Below are positions 56,282 to 64,000 of a DNA stretch of 64,000 nt, one piece after another. The notes under the pieces were generated by a model. The model was not told the origin of the DNA. It saw only the letters and a list, made by a program, of their open reading frames with translations, and ran no database searches. Origin of the DNA: Maricaulaceae bacterium (GTDB taxonomy: Bacteria > Pseudomonadota > Alphaproteobacteria > Caulobacterales > Maricaulaceae); assembly GCA_965225705.1 (NCBI GenBank), contig OZ245325.1, positions 1,567,142 to 1,631,141 on the forward strand, read 5' to 3'. The position numbers and the translations under genes were made by a program. Within the stretch, counting starts at the first letter, position 1. Each line of letters opens with the position of its first letter.

Positions 56282-57097
56282 TCACGCATCACACCCCCCA
56301 CCCAAAACGGCCTGCCACAATGTTAGTATAGCACAGGCCGCTGTCTCAGCCCTTAAAATGCGTGGCCCAAGGCTTAAAGGGCTTACAAAAGGTTTCTCCA
56401 GAAGAGCATGACGCTCCCACGCTTCAAAACCACCCTCTGGCCCTATGAGAACAGCCGGTTGAGGAGGAAGCGAAAAAGAAACAGACTCATCCTTTTGCAC
56501 AGGAAGACTCTTTTCCTTCATAGCCTGCAAAACAGAAAGGGCGTCTTTTGGGCACTCTTCTTTCCCGGTATCCTGCCTGTGGGTCGCAGCCCCCTCATCA
56601 CAAAACAGTAAAACCCTCTCCTCCGGCCAACTGTTAAGAAGGGTTTCAAATGTTTGTGCATCGTGAATGTGGGGAACAGTCAGCCTTTCACACTGCTCTG
56701 CTGCTTCCTGTGCTATAAGACGTGCCCGCCTGGTGCGAACCTGTTTAACCTCTGTTCTTGCTGTCAAAACGGGGTATATATGGCTGACCCCCAATTCTGT
56801 CGCCTTTTCAATCACAAAATCCATAGGATGACGTTTGAGAGGGGCAAAAACGAGCCTGAGATCACATTCCTGCTTTTGGGGACGTATCTGTTCTTCAAGA
56901 TGGGCCAGTACATTTTTACGGGAGTGTCCGGCAAGGCAGGCCCGCCATTCCCCATCATACCCATTGAAAAAATGTACATAACTCCCAGCTGTTAAGCGTA
57001 AAACATTGCGTATATAGTGCGCCTGTTCATCGGGGAGAAAAACAAAACCACCGGGGTGAAGCTTCTCTTTTGTATAAAGACGGGGAATCCTCATCAC
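56282..57097 (-). CDS. rsmE: 16S rRNA (uracil1498-N3)-methyltransferase RsmE
   Basis: N-terminal MRIPRLY...HYIRNVLRL (PUA-like), and a C-terminal SPOUT knot motif with IGPEGGF and LGPRILRAETA. Confidence 0.88.
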   Translation of the reverse strand: MMRIPRLYTKEKLHPGGFVFLPDEQAHYIRNVLRLTAGSYVHFFNGYDGEWRACLAGHSRKNVLAHLEEQIRPQKQECDLRLVFAPLKRHPMDFVIEKATELGVSHIYPVLTARTEVKQVRTRRARLIAQEAAEQCERLTVPHIHDAQTFETLLNSWPEERVLLFCDEGAATHRQDTGKEECPKDALSVLQAMKEKSLPVQKDESVSFSLPPQPAVLIGPEGGFEAWERHALLEKPFVSPLSLGPRILRAETAACAILTLWQAVLGGGCDA

Positions 57098-57349
57098 GCA
57101 AACTGTCCTGACTTTTCAGGAAAATAAAGATAAACTACAGACCATAACACACCATGAAAAAGCTATGCATGCTTCGCTCTGAAGGCTATCACATTTTCAT
57201 AAAGCTTTTTAAAGTTCAAGAGTTCCAGAAAAGAAAGAAATATAAAAACAATGCTTTCTCTGTTTGTGAAGTACACAGAAAAGAGCAACACCTCAAAGAA
57301 AATGGGAGAAGTACATTCTCAGGACCGTCAAGATGAGTCCTTATCAGTT

Positions 57350-57628
57350 TCATCTTTCGCTATAGATTTGAAACCATTGACGTGCCGCTTTCTGGGCACT
57401 GGCAATTTCACCTGGAACCATTTCCAGAGCCATGTCTTCGCGATAGAGTTTAGCTTCGTGACACCCTAAAATAACAGCAACATTAAAGCATTTATGGGCT
57501 TCAATATAGTCAAGGTCAGCCCCCTGTCCTGTGGCATGGGAAAGCCCTTTTTCAAACATAAGACGCCCCTCAAAAACTTTGCCGTCCTGACAAGTCTTTT
57601 GCCTGTTTTTAATACCTGCAATTGCCAT
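57350..57628 (-). CDS. Small Sel1-like repeat protein
   Basis: 92 aa from the ATG at 57628, with GGGAG 8 nt upstream. There are one to two SLR-like units (GQGADLDYIEAHKCFNVAVILGCHEAK...AQKAARQWF). The assignment is by pattern only. Confidence 0.55.
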   Translation of the reverse strand: MAIAGIKNRQKTCQDGKVFEGRLMFEKGLSHATGQGADLDYIEAHKCFNVAVILGCHEAKLYREDMALEMVPGEIASAQKAARQWFQIYSER

Positions 57629-57647
57629 AATAAACTCCCAAAAAAAC

Positions 57648-57774
57648 ATTAAACTTTTACATTTAAATATCGAATTTTTATAACTTATAGAAAAAAAATA
57701 TATATAAGGTTAATTCAATATATATAACATATTATAATATTTTTTATTTGTATAAAATTATATTTTTATGAAAA
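57648..57774. other. Extreme AT-rich block (12 G/C in 127 nt by hand count)
   Basis: It lies directly upstream of the small Sel1-like gene and downstream of the hybrid kinase. It contains the 11-mer AATATATATAA twice, at 57697-57707 and 57717-57727, 20 nt apart. Confidence 0.9.
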
Positions 57775-57898
57775 GGGTTTTGAAACACCCACTGACCATT
57801 TCTCCAAACCCCTGAGAAGGAAAAAGACGGCATAATGAGCCAAGCACCAAGACCAGCCAGGTCAAACAAAGGGAAAATAAGGCTATGAGCTATAAAGT

Positions 57899-60460
57899 TC
57901 ACAGGTGCTTTTCTGAAAAAGTCTTTTTGACATATTCTGCCAGCTGAGAGAGAGTAAAGGGCTTGGGAAGGAAAGAAACATCAGGATGGCGCGCCAGGGT
58001 TTCAGAAAACTGATCTTCTGCATACCCGGAGATAAAGATAACACGGGTATGTCCGAGATATTCATGCGCCGCTTCAAGAAGGGCAACGCCATCCATACCC
58101 GGCATAACAACATCGGTGACCATAACGTCAATCTTGCCCCTGTTTTCCTGAAGAATTGCCAGTGCTTTTTCTCCGTCTTCCGCTTCTAAAACATCATATC
58201 CTCTCCGTCTCAATGTTTTAGCAGCAATCGAACGAACTGCATCCTCATCTTCAACCAGAAGAACAAGACCACGCCCTGCAAGATCAGAAGCCTCATACTC
58301 AACTGGTTCAACAGACGGCTGTGGTAATTTTTTTTCCTGCTCCTCTGACGTACAGGCTGGCAGGAAAAGGAAAAACTGTGTTCCCTCCCCCTCTTTGCTT
58401 TTTGCCAGAACACTTCCTCCGGCCTGCTGAACAATGCCATAAACCGTCGCAAGTCCAAGCCCTGTACCTTCCCCGATGGGTTTTGTTGTGAAAAAAGGCT
58501 CATAGATTTTCTTGAGAGTCTCGTTATCCATACCACATCCATTATCACGAACTTCAAGGAGGAGATAATCTTTCTCTCCCTCAAGCTCTGCACCAAAGGC
58601 ACGCGCTTCCTCCCCTGTCATAGCCTGTGTTCGGATGGTCAGGCGACCGTCTTTTTTCTCACGCATAGCATCACGTGCGTTAACGGCAAGATTCATAATG
58701 GCCGTTTCAAGCTGGCTTTTGTCTGCTTTTATAAAAGGAAGATCAAGGCCATGCTGAATATCAAGCTGAACTTTCTCCTCCAGAATCTGACGTAAAAGAA
58801 TGGAAAAATCAGAAAGAACAGCCCCAACATTCAAAACTTCTGTGCGGACAGTCTGCTTACGGGAAAAAGCCAGAAGTTTACGGACCAGACTTGCTGCACG
58901 GGCAACAGTCTGGTTGATCTTTTGTAATTCCGGGTAAGAAGGGTCACCAACAGGATGACGCCCCAAAAGTTCATCACAATTCAAACGAATAGCTGTCAAA
59001 AGATTGTTAAAATCATGTGCTACACCTCCGGCCAGTTGCCCTATAGCCTGCATTTTCTGGGCCTGAAAAAGACGACGCTCTAAATCCTTATGCTGACTAA
59101 TATCGAGAACAAAAACCCAGACTTTTTTATCTTCTGCCTTAACAAAATAAACATGGACATCCTGACCTGAGAGCAGTTCCAGCTCATAAGATGTCGCATC
59201 TCCATCAGAAGATGTAGAAAACACCATGGCATCTGCCTGCTTTTTAAAAAGCTCTTTAAAAGGTGTTCCTGGTGTGGCTCCCCCCTCTGTCATATCCATC
59301 AGGGCCGTATTTGCATCCCCTAAAAGAGCTGTTTCAGGGTTTTCTCCCTCTAAATACGCAACGCCAAAAGGGGCCGATGTAAAAAAATCCGGAAAATCAG
59401 AAGATTTTTTTTCTTCATTATGGTCTTCAGAGACCTCTTTACCTGTACTTTCCTGATGCAGAATAATTTCTTTGGGATAGACAGATCCCAAAAGAAATGG
59501 GGGAGCTGCAGAATCATGTTGAGGAGACCAGACCCCCATCACCGTACCTTCAAAAAAGCGATCACCCTCCTGACCCCACCGCACATCAACACGGCGTAGA
59601 TCACCTTCTCTTTTGTTGTCAAGAAAAACAGAAGCAGCCGAAGCTCCCAAAAGACTTTCAAGAGGAACAGTTTCGGACAAAAGAACGCCAGACCAGCGCC
59701 TGAGACAAGCATTGATGGCCATTACCCGACCAGAAGCTGAAGCCCTGAACAGGCCAATGGGCGCATTTTCTTCTTCAAGACCCATACCCAGATTTCCATG
59801 TTTCCCCTTCTCTGCATCATCCTTTTTTTTCCTTTGTGTAAGGCGCCAGAGAACCAGACTGTCAAACAGGGGGGCTACGCTAAGCTGATAATAGCTGGGC
59901 TTTTCCTGACCTAAAGATATCGCCCCCAGATATTCTTGATGATAAAGACCCTGCCGCGCCGCACGTGCCAGACGGAAAAGAGGGGGTGAAAGATCACCCC
60001 TCCCCCCCAAAAGACGTGCTAAAGAGGGGGGACGAATATCTGCGTCAAGACCAGTTTTGTGTGCACATTCACGATACGCCCTGTTAGCATGATATGGCTT
60101 TCCATTTCGGGAGGTTATCAGACTGGCTTCCGCTAAAGCTTCCAACCATAAATAGACGTTCTGACCTGTCTTTGTTTTTTTCTTTTGAAAAGGAGACAGA
60201 AAAAAGCCAAAGCCCGCAAGCCAAAAATTTGAGGATATAATTTCTGAAGTTATAAAAACATGTTGAAAAAGAGAAGAAAACAGGAATATCAGGGGTATGG
60301 TAAGACCAAAGAACAGAATCAAAGATAAATACTGTTTATGAAAATGGTGTCCCTTTAAAAAAAGAGAGGGGGGCTTTTTTAAAGAGAACTGATCACTGTT
60401 ATACATGTTGTTTATCCATTTTGATGACATGTTTATACAGACATCTTCTGAAATCAACAT
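57899..60460 (-). CDS. Hybrid sensor histidine kinase / response regulator (CckA-like architecture)
   Basis: 853-aa ORF with two N-terminal TM helices and a PAS-like region. H-box is GQLAGGVAHDFNNLLTAI, with HATPase_c motifs (NLAVNARDAM, DNGCGMD, GTGLGLATVYG). The C-terminal receiver domain carries LLVEDEDAVR...DVMVTDVVMPGMDG...KPF. The true start may be an internal Met. Confidence 0.85.
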   Translation of the reverse strand: MLISEDVCINMSSKWINNMYNSDQFSLKKPPSLFLKGHHFHKQYLSLILFFGLTIPLIFLFSSLFQHVFITSEIISSNFWLAGFGFFLSPFQKKKTKTGQNVYLWLEALAEASLITSRNGKPYHANRAYRECAHKTGLDADIRPPSLARLLGGRGDLSPPLFRLARAARQGLYHQEYLGAISLGQEKPSYYQLSVAPLFDSLVLWRLTQRKKKDDAEKGKHGNLGMGLEEENAPIGLFRASASGRVMAINACLRRWSGVLLSETVPLESLLGASAASVFLDNKREGDLRRVDVRWGQEGDRFFEGTVMGVWSPQHDSAAPPFLLGSVYPKEIILHQESTGKEVSEDHNEEKKSSDFPDFFTSAPFGVAYLEGENPETALLGDANTALMDMTEGGATPGTPFKELFKKQADAMVFSTSSDGDATSYELELLSGQDVHVYFVKAEDKKVWVFVLDISQHKDLERRLFQAQKMQAIGQLAGGVAHDFNNLLTAIRLNCDELLGRHPVGDPSYPELQKINQTVARAASLVRKLLAFSRKQTVRTEVLNVGAVLSDFSILLRQILEEKVQLDIQHGLDLPFIKADKSQLETAIMNLAVNARDAMREKKDGRLTIRTQAMTGEEARAFGAELEGEKDYLLLEVRDNGCGMDNETLKKIYEPFFTTKPIGEGTGLGLATVYGIVQQAGGSVLAKSKEGEGTQFFLFLPACTSEEQEKKLPQPSVEPVEYEASDLAGRGLVLLVEDEDAVRSIAAKTLRRRGYDVLEAEDGEKALAILQENRGKIDVMVTDVVMPGMDGVALLEAAHEYLGHTRVIFISGYAEDQFSETLARHPDVSFLPKPFTLSQLAEYVKKTFSEKHL

Positions 60461-60630
60461 GCCTTATCATAAAAACAGGACCTCATCACATTTTGTTATA
60501 TTTTTCTTTCTTCACCTTTTAGAGGTTATGAAAATCTATACTGAAAGCAGAGCTCTCCTGCCCCTACATACAACTTATGAGAGCAAAAACTTATTCTAAA
60601 ACAAGAAAAAAATATAGCCTGAAAAAAATA

Positions 60631-61509
60631 CTACCAACATAAAGCAGGCATAACATAAGAAAGGTCAAGATCACGTCGTTTCAGGCTTTCCTGTAAGCGC
60701 ATGACAGATATATCGCCATTCTTTTCCTCTATTTCATCAGCATGGAGACGCCCTGCAATATAAAGTGCATCTATCCCCTGAAGACAGGCGCCTTTAATGT
60801 CCGTCATAAGGCCATCTCCGATGGCCAGAACCTGTTTTTTAGAAAAATGCCTGCCCGGTTTTGTCTCAAAGCGTCTAAAGGCAAGGTCATAAATGGGGGG
60901 GTGAGGTTTACCGGCATAAACAACCTGACCTCCCATCTGCTCATAAAGTGCAGCCAGGGCACCCCCGCAATAGATGAGTCTTCCGGCAATCTCAACCTGA
61001 AGATCAGGATTGACACACACCATAGAAAGATTTCGTTCTCTGGCACGTGTGAGAAGATCCCGATAGTGTTCAGGTGTCTCCCGCCTGTCATCAAAAAGGC
61101 CGCTACAGGCGATAAAACGGGCCTGTTCGAGATCAGAAAATTCGAGACCAAGCCCCTCATAAAGGGGATCATCACGCCCGGGGCCAAGCCTGAAAGCAGG
61201 GCCCGGCGCATGAGCTTGTAAAGCTGCCCGTGTTGCGTCACCAGAGGTGACAATAATATCATAACTCTCCCCGGTGAGACCAAGCCCTCTTACCTGTTCT
61301 TCCACGCGCGCAGATGGTCTTGGTGAGTTGGTAACCAAAGCCACAGTGCCGCCCTTTGCCCTGAAAGCCCGAAGGGCTGTAGCAGCCTGTTTATAAAGAA
61401 CAGCCCCATTATGCAAAACCCCCCAAACATCACATAAAAGGGCATCGTAATGATCCGCAATCCCGGACAATCCTGAAAGAAAACGTGGTGGTCTGTCATG
61501 TTTCATCAT
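60631..61509 (-). CDS. HAD-superfamily class IIA hydrolase (TIGR01459-like)
   Basis: YDALLCDVWGVLHNG (catalytic DxW/D motif), VTNSPR, and GDGLMTDIKGA. Confidence 0.8.
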   Translation of the reverse strand: MMKHDRPPRFLSGLSGIADHYDALLCDVWGVLHNGAVLYKQAATALRAFRAKGGTVALVTNSPRPSARVEEQVRGLGLTGESYDIIVTSGDATRAALQAHAPGPAFRLGPGRDDPLYEGLGLEFSDLEQARFIACSGLFDDRRETPEHYRDLLTRARERNLSMVCVNPDLQVEIAGRLIYCGGALAALYEQMGGQVVYAGKPHPPIYDLAFRRFETKPGRHFSKKQVLAIGDGLMTDIKGACLQGIDALYIAGRLHADEIEEKNGDISVMRLQESLKRRDLDLSYVMPALCW

Positions 61510-61660
61510 GTCACCATATTGAAAAATACATCATAAGTTTTTTTTCGATCACGTGCCAGAGACCTGTCTGATATTAAAGAGAGAGGTTTATAAGATTTCT
61601 AAAAAGGGTATTTTAACAGCCGGTAGAGTATGATAGTCTAAAGGCTTTGGGCCTACAATT

Positions 61661-61987
61661 ATGATCACGAACATCTTTAAAAACTTCCCTGATCATCTCA
61701 AAGAGGAATCGTTTGAAAACATCCTTACAACAAAGGATTTTGATCTGGAACGTATTTTATCTTTCGGACAGGCCTCTCCCCCCGGATTTTGGTATGAACA
61801 AAGTCAGGATGAGTGGATTCTCCTTCTGCAGGGAGCAGCGCGTCTGGCCTTTAAGGGAAAAACAGAACCGGTCTCTTTGCAACCTGGTGATTATCTTTTA
61901 ATTCCTGCAGGAAAAAAACATCGTGTTGACTGGACCAAACCTCAAACAACCACCATGTGGCTGGCGCTCCACTTCAAAAAAAATTGA
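61661..61987 (+). CDS. Cupin domain-containing protein
   Basis: 108-aa ORF with the cupin beta-barrel pattern (EWILLLQGAARLAF...LQPGDYLLIPAGKKHRV). Confidence 0.7.
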   Translation: MITNIFKNFPDHLKEESFENILTTKDFDLERILSFGQASPPGFWYEQSQDEWILLLQGAARLAFKGKTEPVSLQPGDYLLIPAGKKHRVDWTKPQTTTMWLALHFKKN

Positions 61988-62372
61988 AAAACATATGAAA
62001 TCTTTATAGCAAACAAAAAGAGGTGGCATGTACCCTAAAAAGGATGATCCCTCCTGTCTTCTCAGGCAAAGTGGATAAAGGCTATCAGAAAAACCTGTTT
62101 TTTGTATGCACCTGAAGCTGGATCCGAAAGTTTTCTCCCTGCGCTTCTTCCAGAAATGAACACAGAACTGTTATATCACGTTATGGCCTTGAAGGGATCG
62201 TCTCTGAGGGTTAAGTATAATCATAATCCTTTTCCTGTTTTTAGAAAAAGAGAAATCATCCGCACCACCAAAATTCATCCGGGGATGAAAATATAAAACA
62301 CAGTATGGTACTCCCTTAAAAAACAAGAAATCTTACACAGTATTTTTTATAGGAAAGAAGAGAAACTGAGTG

Positions 62373-63731
62373 ATGAGTTATGATTATGATCTTTTCGTCA
62401 TTGGGGCAGGATCCGGTGGGGTCCGTGCGGCCCGCAGAGCTGCAGAAACAGGAGCTAAAACCGCCATTGCTGAAGGATATCGTGTTGGCGGGACGTGTGT
62501 CATACGTGGCTGTGTCCCTAAAAAACTTTTTGTGCATGCCTCTCAGTTCAGGAGTGTTTTTAAAAAGGCTGAAGGCTTTGGATGGTCTTTTGACTCCTCC
62601 CCCCATTTTGACTGGCCTTCTCTTCGGGAGGGTGTCGGCGATGAGGTGACACGTCTTTCCTCCATTTATGAGAAAAACCTTAAAAAATCCGGTGTAACTC
62701 TCTTTCATGATCACGCTGTTCTGGAATCAGAAAGAAACATTCGCCTTATACGTTCCGGGAAGACTATAAGCGCGCGTTATATTTTGATCAGTACAGGCGC
62801 AACACCTTACCGCCCGTCTTTTCCGGGGGCAGATTTGGCCATCACCTCTGATGAGGTGTTTTCTCTCCCCTCATGGCCCAAACGGGTCGCTATACTTGGG
62901 GGAGGCTATATTGCTGTTGAATTTGCAGGTATTTTCAGTGGATTAGGTGTTGAGACCTGTCTTATCAACCGTAGTGACAGTCTTTTACGGGGCTTTGATC
63001 CCGACCTTCAGGCCCAGATGGCCTCTTCCCTCAAAGCGCGGGGGGTCCACCTTATGATGAACAGACAGGTTCAGGGCGTCAAAAAAATCTCCCCCTCAGG
63101 GTTTGAAACATATTTTGATGAAGGCGAAGATCTTCAAACAGATCTCGTCTTTATGGCTCTTGGACGCCGTCCTGCAACACAAGGTTTAGGGCTTGAAAAA
63201 TCAGGAGTTCAGCTCAATGGAAAAGGGGAAATTGTGGTCAATGAATTTTATCAAACCAGCCGCCCCCATATTTATGCGCTGGGGGATGTCATCGGAGGGT
63301 TACAGCTGACCCCTGTTGCTATTCGTCAGGGGGAAGCTTTTGTGAAAACTGTCTTTAAGAAAGCCCCGACGCATTTTGATACACGCCAGATTCCAACAGC
63401 TGTGTTTTCTCAACCCCCTTTAGGATCTGTGGGGCTGAGTGAGCCAGAAGCCCGCAGAGTTCACGGGGATATTGATGTTTACGCAACAGAGTTTTCTCCC
63501 CTTGACACGGCCCTTTCTAAAACGGAAGAGAGTATGTTTATGAAACTGGTTGTACGTTCACAGGATGAACGTGTGGTTGGGGCCCATCTTATGGGGCCTT
63601 ATTCAGATGAGCTGATCCAGGTTTTAGGGGTTGCGGTGAAAGCAGGTCTTAAAAGACAGGATTTTGAAACCACGTGTGCCGTTCATCCGACCCTTGCAGA
63701 AGAGCTGGTTACGCTCCGCAAACGGCCGTGA
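62373..63731 (+). CDS. gor: Glutathione-disulfide reductase
   Basis: The FAD motif is DLFVIGAGSGG and the redox-active disulfide is GGTCVIRGCVPKK. An NADPH-binding GGGYIAVEFAG and a C-terminal HPTLAEE dimerisation motif are present. The ATG at 62373 is preferred over the GTG at 62370. Confidence 0.88.
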   Translation: MSYDYDLFVIGAGSGGVRAARRAAETGAKTAIAEGYRVGGTCVIRGCVPKKLFVHASQFRSVFKKAEGFGWSFDSSPHFDWPSLREGVGDEVTRLSSIYEKNLKKSGVTLFHDHAVLESERNIRLIRSGKTISARYILISTGATPYRPSFPGADLAITSDEVFSLPSWPKRVAILGGGYIAVEFAGIFSGLGVETCLINRSDSLLRGFDPDLQAQMASSLKARGVHLMMNRQVQGVKKISPSGFETYFDEGEDLQTDLVFMALGRRPATQGLGLEKSGVQLNGKGEIVVNEFYQTSRPHIYALGDVIGGLQLTPVAIRQGEAFVKTVFKKAPTHFDTRQIPTAVFSQPPLGSVGLSEPEARRVHGDIDVYATEFSPLDTALSKTEESMFMKLVVRSQDERVVGAHLMGPYSDELIQVLGVAVKAGLKRQDFETTCAVHPTLAEELVTLRKRP

Positions 63732-63763
63732 TAATTTTTCCTCAAACCATGTTGCGAACATAT

Positions 63764-64000
63764 ATGAACAACACACAATGGACTCCTTCTGACTGGCGCT
63801 CTAAGCCTGCATGGCAACTACCCTCTTATGAGGATGAAGAGCAGTTGAGCCTGACAGAAGCGCGTCTGGCCCGGGCCCCGGCTCTGGTCCACCCCGATGA
63901 GGTGAACACATTAAAGTCCCGGCTTGCTCAGGTTGCAAAGGGAGAAGCTTTTCTTCTTCAGGGCGGAGATTGTGCCGAAACTTTCCATGATCGCCATGCA
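63764..64000 (+). CDS. Class II 3-deoxy-7-phosphoheptulonate (DAHP) synthase, 5' partial (runs off the window)
   Basis: 79 codons are open to the window end. WRSKPAWQLPSYED...LAQVAKGEAFLLQGGDCAETF is the characteristic class II DAHP synthase N-terminus. An alternative in-frame ATG is at 63749. Confidence 0.85.
   Translation, partial: MNNTQWTPSDWRSKPAWQLPSYEDEEQLSLTEARLARAPALVHPDEVNTLKSRLAQVAKGEAFLLQGGDCAETFHDRHA

Noticed and set aside
57648-57774. Searched the AT-rich block and its flanks for replication-origin or cell-cycle signatures: DnaA boxes (TTATCCACA) and CtrA sites (TTAA-N7-TTAA).
   Set aside because: No exact DnaA box was found. The TTAA pairs present are spaced 10 nt apart or otherwise not at N7, and no origin-associated genes (dnaA, hemE, parAB) are nearby. 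I therefore make no origin claim.
62102-62296. 64-aa TTG-initiated ORF in the 380-nt cupin-gor spacer. A small AT-rich hairpin (TTCATC-cggg-GATGAA) lies near 62270.
   Set aside because: It has a weak start codon, no RBS and no motif. The hairpin lacks a proper U-tract on the strand where a gene would need it.

Overview
This window reads as a mostly ordinary housekeeping stretch of an alphaproteobacterial chromosome. The lineage call is an inference from a DUF4167 protein, the obg-proB-proA-nadD order, a long-form SerC, a class II DAHP synthase and a CckA-like hybrid kinase. I support about 50 protein-coding genes, two tRNA-Arg genes (anticodons CCT and ACG), one TPP riboswitch ahead of thiC, the programmed +1 frameshift site of prfB, two intrinsic terminators and one frameshifted metallophosphoesterase gene. 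Recognisable genes include phoR-like, mnmA, nadD, proA, proB, obg, pheS, rplT, rpmI, bcp, acnA, prfB, PBP1A, panB, thiC, mlaC/mlaA-like, cca, serC, an indolepyruvate oxidoreductase fusion, cutA, degP-like, glnE, truA, mutS, rsmE and gor. I saw no CRISPR array, transposase, integrase, phage module or recognisable defence gene, and I cannot point to a convincing new multi-gene system. The items most worth a second look are modest. (1) A secreted four-EF-hand protein sits directly upstream of a translationally coupled ECF sigma / anti-sigma / Spy-like periplasmic protein operon. (2) An ORF-poor gap of about 850 nt upstream of serC carries stop-free but start-less reading-frame fragments. (3) A 127-nt block of about 9% GC lies between the hybrid kinase and a small Sel1-like gene. 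(4) Two Sel1-repeat proteins and an AT-richer GNAT gene flank tRNA-Arg(ACG). All calls come from reading the translations and the sequence by eye; no searches were run.
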